Part shown: piece by piece, positions 27,387 to 35,521 of the stretch
Layout of the letters: the number at the start of each line of letters is the position of its first letter
How positions within the stretch are numbered: the first letter of the stretch is position 1
IMG/VR virus record: IMGVR_UViG_3300032294_002797
Coordinates: 1-64,000 of that record
DNA: 64,000 nt
Direction: 5' to 3' (one strand)
Position numbers and translations under genes: made by a program
Notes under the pieces: generated by a model
Database searches by the model: none
What the model was told of the DNA's origin: nothing
Seen by the model: the letters and a program-made list of their open reading frames with translations, nothing else

Positions 27387-27468
27387 CGTAAAGTCTTGTG
27401 GTATAAGGAGTTAGATCAAATTTTGCGGCGCGCCCTCGCCCTAAGTGCTGCCGTAGCAACAACTTAGG
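27387..27468. repeat. 82-bp element copy 8
   Basis: 29+24+29. Confidence 0.9.
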
Positions 27469-27496
27469 GGAAGGGTTCAACTTTTTAGATTATGAA

Positions 27497-27904
27497 TCAA
27501 GCAAACATAAGTGCCAGATTCGTGGAAAACAGTGCCTTACCACCAATTGGCTTACGCACGTTCGTGGTACGTTCTGCATAGAAGTTACGCACAGTACCAT
27601 TCGGCATTTCGCAAGTCACAAGATGGCGAGTACGCTGAAACTGCGGATCGTTTGCACGATACCGGCTACGGACATTCAAACGGCGGATACTATTATCATC
27701 CAACGTGTGAACTTCCAGAACCTTAGCAAGATAACGCTCAGGATCGCCGTGATGGGGCTGCTCATAAATGAAGTTATAAACTTCGCCGGGAGCAGCATTC
27801 CCCAGACTACCATGAACACCACCATAGATGCTATACAGCGTAAAAGCAATCAGAAGACCAGCAACAACAGCAAACAAACCACCAACCAGAATAAAATCGT
27901 TCAT
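27497..27904 (-). CDS. membrane-anchored protein, possible WYL/SH3-like domain
   Basis: N-terminal TM; C-terminal VRNFYAER resembles WYL RxFxxxR (weak). Confidence 0.6.
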   Translation of the reverse strand: MNDFILVGGLFAVVAGLLIAFTLYSIYGGVHGSLGNAAPGEVYNFIYEQPHHGDPERYLAKVLEVHTLDDNSIRRLNVRSRYRANDPQFQRTRHLVTCEMPNGTVRNFYAERTTNVRKPIGGKALFSTNLALMFA

Positions 27905-28003
27905 ATGAACCCTTTTTGTTGTGAAAACTTTCCCTTATGTCTCACGATTCTACACTACTTATCGGCAAGAGTCAAGTGCTAAGTTTAGAAAAAATATTTT
28001 CGC

Positions 28004-28085
28004 CATAAGTCGTTGCAGCATAAGGAGTTGCGTCAAATTTTGCGGCACCCGCTCGTCCTAAGTGCTTACACACCAAGGGCTTACG
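28004..28085. repeat. 82-bp element copy 9
   Basis: 29+24+29; contains the stop at 28081. Confidence 0.9.
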
Positions 28086-28287
28086 TCAGTACGACAGGCT
28101 CGCTCCTGAACGAACATACAGGCTGGCCGCTTGCCGCAACCAAAACGTCAAGCATTGCACCAACCTGTTCCATACGTTCAACAGGCTGATCCATATCGTA
28201 CTCGGGAATCTCAAGAACAAATTCACGATCCAAACCCACATCACCATTATCGGTTTCGATCACAATATCAAAAAAACGGTGTTGCAT
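28081..28287 (-). CDS. hypothetical protein
   Basis: Single-gene cassette with promoter 28311-28339 and GAGG RBS. Confidence 0.7.
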   Translation of the reverse strand: MQHRFFDIVIETDNGDVGLDREFVLEIPEYDMDQPVERMEQVGAMLDVLVAASGQPVCSFRSEPVVLT

Positions 28288-28366
28288 CTAATCCTCTCTT
28301 TCGTATGCTAATCCTACACTATACTTATCGGCTTGTCAAGCGGGTCTCTTGAAAAATTTTATTTGA

Positions 28367-28448
28367 CGTAAAGCGTTGAGACATAAGGAGTTACGTTAAA
28401 TTTTGCGGCGCCCCCTCGCTCTAAGTTCTTTGGCGGTAAGGGTTTGCG
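28367..28448. repeat. 82-bp element copy 10
   Basis: 29+24+29; contains the stop at 28421. Confidence 0.9.
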
Positions 28449-28972
28449 ACAGGAGGATAAAACTTCATAAAATTCTCAATATGATCGTCATATGCCATAT
28501 TCATATTGTCACAAGTTTCATCAAAACCAATAGAATATCCTTCCTTACCTCTCTTACGGCTATATTCCTGAACATACCTAGTAACATACTTGCTTTCTGT
28601 CCATTTGAAAATCGTACCTTTTGGAGTAATAAAAACCATGAACAAAATATCAAAAAGTTCAGGTTTGATTTTTTGCAAAGTATAATACTTATATTTGTTT
28701 TGATGCAAAGTCAATTTAGCGGTTTTTACTTCGCACCTAATACTATCATTCAAAAGAATATCAAAAATTTTACCGTGACCGTGCCGTTTCACATCATACT
28801 TAGCCCTACTCAAACGATCACACATCAGGCACTCACCAGCATCCCCCATTCCGGTAGAATCCAGATTGGAGATTTTCCAGCATAGATAATTTTTCTTACG
28901 CGAATAAAAATTGTCTGGACGGGAAATTTTGAGATTATGCTTGATCCTGTTGAAATCTCTCATCGTAAACAT
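28421..28972 (-). CDS. PD-(D/E)xK restriction-endonuclease-like protein
   Basis: GDAGE...FDILLN...CEVKTA catalytic pattern; AGGAGG RBS. Confidence 0.7.
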   Translation of the reverse strand: MFTMRDFNRIKHNLKISRPDNFYSRKKNYLCWKISNLDSTGMGDAGECLMCDRLSRAKYDVKRHGHGKIFDILLNDSIRCEVKTAKLTLHQNKYKYYTLQKIKPELFDILFMVFITPKGTIFKWTESKYVTRYVQEYSRKRGKEGYSIGFDETCDNMNMAYDDHIENFMKFYPPVANPYRQRT

Positions 28973-29058
28973 TGCTTTTCCTCCTTATTGGAATACGCTT
29001 AGTCTACAATGCTTATCGGCTAATGTCAATAGATTTAGCCATAAAATTATTTTTTGAT

Positions 29059-29140
29059 CATAAGTCTATATCCCATAACAACTTACGTCAAATTTTCGCC
29101 GCCCCGCTCGCCCTAAGTGCTTACGCACCAAGGGTTTGCG
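29059..29140. repeat. 82-bp element copy 11
   Basis: 29+24+29. Confidence 0.9.
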
Positions 29141-29147
29141 GCGAGTT

Positions 29148-29381
29148 TTATTCAAAGTCTACGAAAATAACTTGATTATATCCACGAGGCTTAATAGTAA
29201 GGCTCTCGCTGTAATCGTAGGTATCGGCCTTTACACCCGTCATACCCGCGAGCAACTTGGCCTTTCGCACAATATTACGCTGAGACGCCCCGCTATTAAT
29301 AGCAAACTCATAACGGTTAGCCCAAGAGTAGTTTGCCTCACCATTAAATGTGTCGGTCTGCGTAACGGTAACCTTCATCAT
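29148..29381 (-). CDS. hypothetical phage protein
   Basis: TDTFNGEANYSW; start moved to MMKVTV. Confidence 0.7.
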   Translation of the reverse strand: MMKVTVTQTDTFNGEANYSWANRYEFAINSGASQRNIVRKAKLLAGMTGVKADTYDYSESLTIKPRGYNQVIFVDFE

Positions 29382-29495
29382 CTTATTATTCCTTTTAGAG
29401 AGAAAAGTGTCGATCCAATTTTTAACGTTTTTAGTAAGCATTTTAACAATTCTGTGTATAATATAGTATACATCAACTATCAGGAGATGAATACT

Positions 29496-29897
29496 ATGTC
29501 AAAATATGATCCTCAAGAATACCAAAGAAACAAACAGGCCTATTTAGAAAGACAGAAACGATACAAGAACAAACACAAGGATACCATCAATGAGCGTCAA
29601 CGTCAATACCGTGAGTCAAATAAATCCCAACTCAATGTTTATGCCAATAGGCGTAAAAATAAAATTAGAGAAAAATATGATGAATATATGCAAGATAAAA
29701 AATGTAGCCATTGTGGATACTCTGATCCTAGATCGTTAGTTTGGCATCATACTGATTCGTCTAACAAAAAGAATGGCGTTGTTCAATTAGTTGGCAAGAA
29801 ACATGGATGGGATACTATTTTAGCAGAAATTAATAAGTGTATATGTTTATGCCATAATTGCCACAATATATTGCATAATCACCAATCATCTCCGTAG
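29496..29897 (+). CDS. HNH endonuclease
   Basis: CSHCG...LVWHH...EINKCICLCHNCH; AGGAG RBS; TGTGTA late-type motif upstream; start moved from 29136. Confidence 0.85.
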   Translation: MSKYDPQEYQRNKQAYLERQKRYKNKHKDTINERQRQYRESNKSQLNVYANRRKNKIREKYDEYMQDKKCSHCGYSDPRSLVWHHTDSSNKKNGVVQLVGKKHGWDTILAEINKCICLCHNCHNILHNHQSSP

Positions 29898-30154
29898 TCG
29901 GAATCGTGGTTATAGTATTCGTCCACACCCCATCCACATGAGCCGAACGCAGATTCAGCATCACCATCCATACTATCATCGTACGAATCATCCCAACCGT
30001 TCTCCAAATCTTCGGCGGTAACATCACCGTAAAAATCTTTATGGTCATCATACAGGTACTCGGCCAAAAGGGCGTCACTAGGATCATGCTCAACAACCAT
30101 ATCATCATCCTCATAAGCGTTATCGGGATCGAACAGTGGATCAGGGTGGCTCAT
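29879..30154 (-). CDS. highly acidic protein
   Basis: Strongly Asp/Glu-rich; AGGAGA RBS. Confidence 0.7.
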   Translation of the reverse strand: MSHPDPLFDPDNAYEDDDMVVEHDPSDALLAEYLYDDHKDFYGDVTAEDLENGWDDSYDDSMDGDAESAFGSCGWGVDEYYNHDSDYGDDW

Positions 30155-30177
30155 TTGTTTTCTCCTTTTCACCAATC

Positions 30178-30360
30178 CTACCAAATAAAATCGTTCGCGT
30201 CAAGAGGCTCGGGATACATTTCTTCCCACAAGCCAGTAACTTCTGCGTAATCAAACGGACTGCAATCGCTAGAGTCAATCGGCTCGGCCAGGGGCTCCAA
30301 GATACCATCTTCGGTCATCTCGTTCAGAATCCGGTTGATTTCATCAAAATCGTTCAGCAT
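30178..30360 (-). CDS. acidic hypothetical protein
   Basis: GGGAGA RBS; promoter 30387-30414. Confidence 0.7.
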   Translation of the reverse strand: MLNDFDEINRILNEMTEDGILEPLAEPIDSSDCSPFDYAEVTGLWEEMYPEPLDANDFIW

Positions 30361-30451
30361 AATTGATTCTCCCTTGTGATACGCTGATTCTATACTAATT
30401 ATCGGTCATGTCAAGCCCGCTCTATAGAAAATCTCTAAAAAAATTTCTTGA

Positions 30452-30533
30452 TGTAAGTCTATGGCAGATAAGGAGTTACGTCGCGGCGGGCGGCGCCGCC
30501 TTGTCCTAAGTACTTTAGGCTCAAGGCTTTACG
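30452..30533. repeat. 82-bp element copy 12
   Basis: 29+24+29; abuts the stop at 30534. Confidence 0.9.
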
Positions 30534-30845
30534 TCAATTTCCCACAACCATACCGTCTATAAACGGATAGGATTTATCGTTGATTTTCACAAACCATTCG
30601 AAATTCTTTTGATAAACATAACGTGGGCTATACTGGTTAATTCGATCTTTAGTAGTCAGAGTTTGCCAGCCACCACTATTCAGTGTATAGGTATCATCCT
30701 CATGAATCTTCACCACATAGGTGCTGTGTAGTCTAATTCCTACGCTACCATCATGCAGAATTTCAGCGTAAGTATTATTACCAACCTTGCGAGTATCCCG
30801 ATTAGTCTTACCACGAACCATACTAACTGCTTCGGAATGATTCAT
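30534..30845 (-). CDS. hypothetical phage protein
   Basis: LNSGGWQTLTTKDRIN motif typical of small phage early proteins. Confidence 0.75.
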   Translation of the reverse strand: MNHSEAVSMVRGKTNRDTRKVGNNTYAEILHDGSVGIRLHSTYVVKIHEDDTYTLNSGGWQTLTTKDRINQYSPRYVYQKNFEWFVKINDKSYPFIDGMVVGN

Positions 30846-30994
30846 TACTTGTTTTCCTTTTTCTTGGACTCGACCATCTCACGATACAGATTTTCCAGAA
30901 ACCTAACTTGTGCAACTGCACGGCCAGTTTCTTGCTTCATGCGAGTTTCTGTTTTCTGGTACTCGCTAACCGGCTTTCTCTTGGTTTTCATCAT
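30845..30994 (-). CDS. basic hypothetical protein
   Basis: AGGAGA RBS; promoter 31011-31039. Confidence 0.6.
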   Translation of the reverse strand: MMKTKRKPVSEYQKTETRMKQETGRAVAQVRFLENLYREMVESKKKENK

Positions 30995-31069
30995 CTTTCT
31001 CCTGCGATTGATTCTACAGTATAGATCGGCAAGAGTCAAGCATAATCTTTAGCAGATTTTTATTTTGTT

Positions 31070-31151
31070 CTTAAGTCGTTGGAATATAAGGAGTTACGTC
31101 GAATTTTGCGGCGCAAATTTTCCCTAAGTGCTTATGCAGTAAGGGTTTGCG
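31070..31151. repeat. 82-bp element copy 13
   Basis: 29+24+29; contains the stop of 31132..31293. Confidence 0.9.
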
Positions 31152-31293
31152 TCTCTTTTATCCATCGCCTTTTCAACTGTTTTGCAAGATGTTGTATTCG
31201 GTTCATAATAGCGGCCCGCTGTAACGGATGTTGTACAGTGGACAAACGTATCTGTTCGATTCGCAGAATATCTTGAAGCACTCGCGTTTTCAT
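31132..31293 (-). CDS. hypothetical protein (53 aa, below ORF-track cutoff)
   Basis: MKTRVLQDILRIEQIRL... starts 3 nt after the upstream stop. Confidence 0.55.
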   Translation of the reverse strand: MKTRVLQDILRIEQIRLSTVQHPLQRAAIMNRIQHLAKQLKRRWIKETQTLTA

Positions 31294-31295
31294 TT

Positions 31296-31664
31296 TTATT
31301 CCTTCCAAGCAAACGGAGAAATTTCCTCACCACAAGCCAGAATCGCAGCGTACTGGTGAGCAAGAGCCTCAACCCTTTCACGAGAACCCGGCTTGCCAGC
31401 CTTCACGATCATACTATCCTCACCACCCACAAATCGCGGGTCGTTGGTTTCCTTTTTAATCTTGCCCAGATTCTTGAGAGCCTTACGATTAAACTTGAGC
31501 ACCTTTTCGCTCACAACATACCTACCATGATCCTGCACACCGGACACATAGTCCACACCTTCCACAACCCGAGAGTCAGGAACCGGAACCAGAGTAGGAA
31601 TCGCAATTCCCTTGAAAACCATTCGTGCTTGACGCTTCGCATTTTCGATAATTTCAAACTTCAT
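31296..31664 (-). CDS. hypothetical protein, paralog of 34771..35085
   Basis: Shared NAKRQARMVFxGIAIPT...GKPGSxERVxALAxQYAAI...CGEExSPF. Confidence 0.85.
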   Translation of the reverse strand: MKFEIIENAKRQARMVFKGIAIPTLVPVPDSRVVEGVDYVSGVQDHGRYVVSEKVLKFNRKALKNLGKIKKETNDPRFVGGEDSMIVKAGKPGSRERVEALAHQYAAILACGEEISPFAWKE

Positions 31665-31703
31665 TTTCTTTCTCCTTTGGATTGGTTGGATTCTAGCAAA
31701 ATT

Positions 31704-31940
31704 TCAAGAGGCTGTCAACTCCATTTCCTCGATCATTTCCGCAAACGGAATCATCTTGGAAACGAGCGTCTGCTCAGTATTGTCATCATGGAAGAACGTT
31801 TGTACACTGTCGTTTTCCAGAAACACCGTAACTTGGAATCCGCAGATACTAGCGAAACCGCCGGTCGTGCGACGAATCCACATATCCTTCTCACCAAGAA
31901 ACCTAGCAGCAACCTTTTCAACCATCTCTTGCGTAATCAT
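31704..31940 (-). CDS. hypothetical protein
   Basis: Polypurine leader; promoter near 31966-31994. Confidence 0.7.
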   Translation of the reverse strand: MITQEMVEKVAARFLGEKDMWIRRTTGGFASICGFQVTVFLENDSVQTFFHDDNTEQTLVSKMIPFAEMIEEMELTAS

Positions 31941-32013
31941 CTCTTTCTCTCTTTCTTATACGGGAATTATACCTTAGTTATCGGCAAAAGTCAAGCAGAA
32001 TATTTAGAGAATT

Positions 32014-32042
32014 TTTAAATCCTTATTTCTCAACACTTTACG
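32014..32042. repeat. family A single 29-bp site
   Basis: TTTAAATCCTT-N7-AACACTTTACG. Confidence 0.65.
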
Positions 32043-32086
32043 TCAAGACCGGCCTGAATGGACACTTAGAATCTTGAGAAACTGAT

Positions 32087-32168
32087 CGTAAACCCTTGGC
32101 AGATAAGGAGTTACGTCAAATTTTGCGGCGCCGCCTCGCCGTAAGTGCTTATACAGCAAGGCTTTGCG
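32087..32168. repeat. 82-bp element copy 14
   Basis: 29+24+29. Confidence 0.9.
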
Positions 32169-32543
32169 TCAACTATTTACAACCCAGGCCGCTATACATC
32201 CGATCACGAATGAACAAAACAGCATAATCTGATCATTCTTTATCATTTTTTCTATGATCCTTTGAAGGGTAAACCAAATCAGAAACAAGCCAACTGCACC
32301 CAATACCCACCACAAATCCCACAAACATCCAAATCCATTCTACATTTAGATCGGCCATCCCTAGCACCCCTCTTTAGTTTTTATTCTACAGGAATTTTAC
32401 TGATCATGTACCCTAAGAAAAACCCTAGAGTCACAATAAAATTTAGACCCATCAAATATACAAGAATATTCATAAACCTTCACCTCTCTTTTCCACATTC
32501 TATACTATTATCGGCCTGCGTCAAGCCCAAGGTACAGTCTTTT

Positions 32544-32590
32544 TGGCTGACTAAACCCACTCAGCCCAAATCCGCAGGATTACCTGGGAC
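32544..32590. repeat. dispersed repeat family B copy 6
   Basis: Consensus match; contains the stop of 32580..32750. Confidence 0.85.
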
Positions 32591-32750
32591 ACTTATCCAT
32601 CACAGTATCCAGATATATCCCATCTTTACTCACAACCCATCCATATTCTACATCTTGCCCATAGACCCCAATATAACACCGACCTTTATCACACCCTTCG
32701 ATCTTGCACTCATAACCCACCAGACCCATCAACATAACCCAAATTGCCAT
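32580..32750 (-). CDS. hypothetical protein (56 aa)
   Basis: MAIWVMLMGLVGYECK...DKCPR-stop; AAGGA upstream. Confidence 0.5.
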   Translation of the reverse strand: MAIWVMLMGLVGYECKIEGCDKGRCYIGVYGQDVEYGWVVSKDGIYLDTVMDKCPR

Positions 32751-32788
32751 AGTTATCCAGAATCCTTTCTTTGACCAGACTATGTTTT

Positions 32789-32835
32789 TCGCTGACTATA
32801 CCCAACCTACCCAAATCCGTAGGATTACGTGGGAC
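32789..32835. repeat. dispersed repeat family B copy 7
   Basis: Consensus match; contains the stop of 32825..33031. Confidence 0.85.
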
Positions 32836-33031
32836 AAGAGAACAGTTCTACATCCGAAATAACTCGCACACACTTTTTGTTTTCGTCTACTTCATAGACT
32901 GAGCAATCGTACTGATATAAAAAACGATTACCGATATCTCTTTGCCAGACTACCCTTGCTTCATCCAGACTATCATACAGACGGTAATCTTGAATGAAAC
33001 CATCAAACACTATTGCAAACTTATTTTTCAT
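32825..33031 (-). CDS. hypothetical protein
   Basis: Ends CPT-stop inside repeat B. Confidence 0.65.
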   Translation of the reverse strand: MKNKFAIVFDGFIQDYRLYDSLDEARVVWQRDIGNRFLYQYDCSVYEVDENKKCVRVISDVELFSCPT

Positions 33032-33042
33032 TTTCTAACTTT

Positions 33043-33270
33043 CTACGAAACCGAAACCATAGAGGGATTCTTACGAAACTCCATAGCATACAATTCATCG
33101 ACCACAACCCGGACTACAGTATCCATGTTTACGTTTTTATGAGTGTGGTATCCGATCACGTTTGACCAGACATTGTATGTTCCATCCAAATTGTGCATGA
33201 TAGTCATATCAGCCTTTTTTGCATAGGCATGGATTTTGCTACGAATCGTACTAGACTTAGGAATTTTCAT
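33043..33270 (-). CDS. hypothetical protein
   Basis: Start moved to MKIPKS; polypurine leader; TTGACG/TATAAT promoter upstream. Confidence 0.65.
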   Translation of the reverse strand: MKIPKSSTIRSKIHAYAKKADMTIMHNLDGTYNVWSNVIGYHTHKNVNMDTVVRVVVDELYAMEFRKNPSMVSVS

Positions 33271-33347
33271 TTTCTTTTTCTTTCTTTCTCTTTCGACTAT
33301 TATACCAAACTTTTTCGCCGCCGTCAACCCCCTTATCGGGGGAGACA

Positions 33348-33551
33348 CTAGATTTTCCAACAGGCAAAAACCAGCGTAAACTGTGCATTCGGATACTTCG
33401 ACCGAATGTACGCTTCTGCTGTAGACTTCCTATTGTCCGTAGCACTCACACCTTGCACAGTCTTACCATCTATCACAACATTCCAGATTCGACGCTTGCG
33501 AATCTTAGGGAGACTACCGATAAAACTGTTGACACTGATAACTTTTTCCAT
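33348..33551 (-). CDS. hypothetical protein
   Basis: Polypurine leader. Confidence 0.65.
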   Translation of the reverse strand: MEKVISVNSFIGSLPKIRKRRIWNVVIDGKTVQGVSATDNRKSTAEAYIRSKYPNAQFTLVFACWKI

Positions 33552-33610
33552 TTTCTTTCTCTAACTTTCTAAACTTACCTAACTTACCAAAATCCCCCGG
33601 ATAGAGCAGA

Positions 33611-33772
33611 CTATGCTGCTTCACCATCATCGTAACCGGGAATATAGTCGGCATCGTCTGCGACTAATTCACAATGTTCACCACAATCGGGACAAATACC
33701 GTAGTCCATTCGGATACCGGTCATCTCAACTCCACAGCAATCCGAAACGTAATCAAAATCAGGATTTCTCAT
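33611..33772 (-). CDS. small Zn-ribbon protein (53 aa)
   Basis: MRNPDFDYVSDCCG...ICPDCGEHC; directly below the sigma54-type promoter. Confidence 0.65.
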   Translation of the reverse strand: MRNPDFDYVSDCCGVEMTGIRMDYGICPDCGEHCELVADDADYIPGYDDGEAA

Positions 33773-33804
33773 TCTAACTCTCTCTTTCTTATGCCATATA
33801 TAAA

Positions 33805-33820
33805 TGCACTTCCCGTGCCA
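33805..33820 (-). promoter_or_regulatory. sigma54 (-24/-12) promoter
   Basis: TGGCACGGGAAGTGCA = GG-N10-GC; no sigma70 promoter seen in this cassette head. Confidence 0.6.
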
Positions 33821-33842
33821 AACCCAAAAATATTTTTTGTGT

Positions 33843-33871
33843 CGTAAAGTGTTGCCCCATAAGGGTTTACG
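33843..33871. repeat. family A single 29-bp site
   Basis: CGTAAAGTGTT-N7-AAGGGTTTACG, between the sigma54 promoter and enhancer-like boxes. Confidence 0.75.
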
Positions 33872-33903
33872 ATTTTGCTTAGTTCGTGAGCAGCGTCTGC
33901 CTA

Positions 33904-33983
33904 TGTAGCATTATGCAACAGTGCTGTAGCATTTTGCGTCGCGTATTTCGGCCTAAAACATTAAAGTGAAGCAAATTGCAACA
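33904..33983. promoter_or_regulatory. three phased palindromic boxes (enhancer/UAS-like)
   Basis: TGTAGCA-N3-TGCAACA-like at 33904, 33925 and 33967 (21 and 42 bp apart). Confidence 0.55.
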
Positions 33984-33999
33984 CCACAATATATAGTGT
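33984..33999. promoter_or_regulatory. NrdR-box-like operator
   Basis: CCACAATATATAGTGT, 15/16 match to consensus acaCwAtATaTwGtgt. Confidence 0.55.
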
Positions 34000-34030
34000 G
34001 CCTCAAAATTAGGCACCACAAGGCACTTGC

Positions 34031-34112
34031 CGTAAGTCGTTACCACATAAGCACTTACGTCAAATTTTTGGGCGAAAATTCGTCGTAACTCCTTACATAG
34101 CAAGGGTTTACG
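34031..34112. repeat. 82-bp element copy 15
   Basis: 29+24+29. Confidence 0.9.
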
Positions 34113-34131
34113 TCGAACTTTTTAGGCTTTA

Positions 34132-34344
34132 TTACTTATTCCAATTAACATACCACTCTTGCCCATCTTGGCTCATCGTGCGAAGGAACCCACGCTTCCT
34201 CCAGTACCTATCTTGCATATACTGGTCATATATTCCCCATACCTTAGCAAATACCCAAAATCCCACATTACCCACAAGGTATAGAAACCCAAACATGAGA
34301 GAGATGGTCACAACCCACATACCCATAATCCAAAGCGTAGTCAT
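34132..34344 (-). CDS. small membrane protein
   Basis: Hydrophobic N-terminal half. Confidence 0.7.
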   Translation of the reverse strand: MTTLWIMGMWVVTISLMFGFLYLVGNVGFWVFAKVWGIYDQYMQDRYWRKRGFLRTMSQDGQEWYVNWNK

Positions 34345-34358
34345 TTGTTTTTCCTTAG

Positions 34359-34544
34359 TTAGTTAGCAAAACCAATATAGTCGCAAACCACACACTTGTC
34401 AAGATACATGGATCGGAAACCCACATTCTCGATTTCCATGGTAAACAGGAGACGGTTTCCATTCATATACTTGAACGAAACCACCTTACCCGTAAACTTC
34501 TCACCCGTACCGTACTCAACCGAAAGAATGTTTCCAATCGTCAT
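34359..34544 (-). CDS. hypothetical protein (SH3-like)
   Basis: Start moved to MTIGNI; TTGAAT/TATAAT promoter upstream. Confidence 0.65.
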   Translation of the reverse strand: MTIGNILSVEYGTGEKFTGKVVSFKYMNGNRLLFTMEIENVGFRSMYLDKCVVCDYIGFAN

Positions 34545-34660
34545 TTTCTTTTTCCTTTTCTCTTGTGTGTTTCTATTATACATACTTAATCGACCAATTC
34601 AAGAGAAAAATCCAGAAAATTTCAAATATAATTTCATGCCAAAGTTTAAAAAAATCTTGC

Positions 34661-34742
34661 TGTAAGTCGTTACGTAGCAAGTACTTACGTCAAATTTTTG
34701 GGCAAAAATTCGTCGTAACTCCTTATGCTGTAAGGGTTTACA
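34661..34742. repeat. 82-bp element copy 16
   Basis: 29+24+29; linker nearly identical to copy 15. Confidence 0.9.
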
Positions 34743-34770
34743 TCGAGTTTTTTGTACAGTGTACAGAAGA

Positions 34771-35085
34771 TTACCCCTCTGAGAAGGGGGATACTTCTTC
34801 TCCACACTCCATAATCGCGGCATATTGTGAGGCGAGAGCCTGCACACGCTCAGATGAGCCAGGCTTTCCCACACGCATGATCATATGATCAGTACCCCCC
34901 ACAAAGCGGGGATCGTTCTTTTCCACCTTACGCTTGCCCATATTCTTCAGGGCGGTTCGGTTGAATTTGATCACCTTCTCAACTTGGATATCTTCACCAT
35001 CTATGTTTTTCACTTCGGTAGGGATTGCTATTCCCAGGAAAACCATTCTGGCTTGTCGTTTTGCATTTCGGATAATCGGATACAT
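34771..35085 (-). CDS. hypothetical protein, paralog of 31296..31664
   Basis: Clear end-to-end similarity. Confidence 0.85.
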   Translation of the reverse strand: MYPIIRNAKRQARMVFLGIAIPTEVKNIDGEDIQVEKVIKFNRTALKNMGKRKVEKNDPRFVGGTDHMIMRVGKPGSSERVQALASQYAAIMECGEEVSPFSEG

Positions 35086-35126
35086 TTCTTTTTCTTTCTG
35101 TTTAGAGTGTAGGATTGTTGGATAAC

Positions 35127-35357
35127 TTAGGGAAGCCAGGCATCATCCACAACATAGCCCATCTCGTCAACTTCAATCCAACCACCATCATCACAGAATC
35201 CAATTTCCTCATCTATGTTAATCTGGTTAAACTTATTAACCCTTGCCAGAAGATCACCAGCAAAAGCAACCCTATTCACCAGAGTATCGAGCGAAGTCTT
35301 ATTGAGGAACTCGGTCAACTCAGTCACAGTATTCAGAACAATCAGGTTAGCAAACAT
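35127..35357 (-). CDS. hypothetical protein
   Basis: First gene of the leftward region; polypurine leader; TTGAAG/TATAAT promoter. Confidence 0.7.
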   Translation of the reverse strand: MFANLIVLNTVTELTEFLNKTSLDTLVNRVAFAGDLLARVNKFNQINIDEEIGFCDDGGWIEVDEMGYVVDDAWLP

Positions 35358-35487
35358 TTTTCTTTCTCTCTTTTTTCTCTTTTTCTTATATCGACATTAT
35401 ACCATGCTTTCTTGAAACTTCAAGAGAAAAATAGGAATTTTTATGTCAAGAGATTTTGACAAAACTTTTACGATTTATCGGCCCGAT

Positions 35488-35521
35488 TGGCACACCTTTT
35501 GCTATCGCAAGAGTCATGCCA
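35488..35521. promoter_or_regulatory. face-to-face pair of sigma54-type sites
   Basis: + TGGCACACCTTTTGCT (35488-35503) and - TGGCATGACTCTTGCG (35521-35506), both GG-N10-GC. Confidence 0.55.

Noticed and set aside
31356-32774. + strand ORFs 31356..32018 and 32262..32774
   Set aside because: Antisense to genes that have promoters and RBSs; they cross repeats and have biased composition
34625-34642. Additional sigma54 site (TGGCATG on minus strand)
   Set aside because: No GC at the -12 position
33879-34888. ORFs 33879..34103, 34565..34888, 34599..34874 and similar (e.g. ELRRIFAQKF peptides)
   Set aside because: Their shared peptides are simply translations of the 82-bp element
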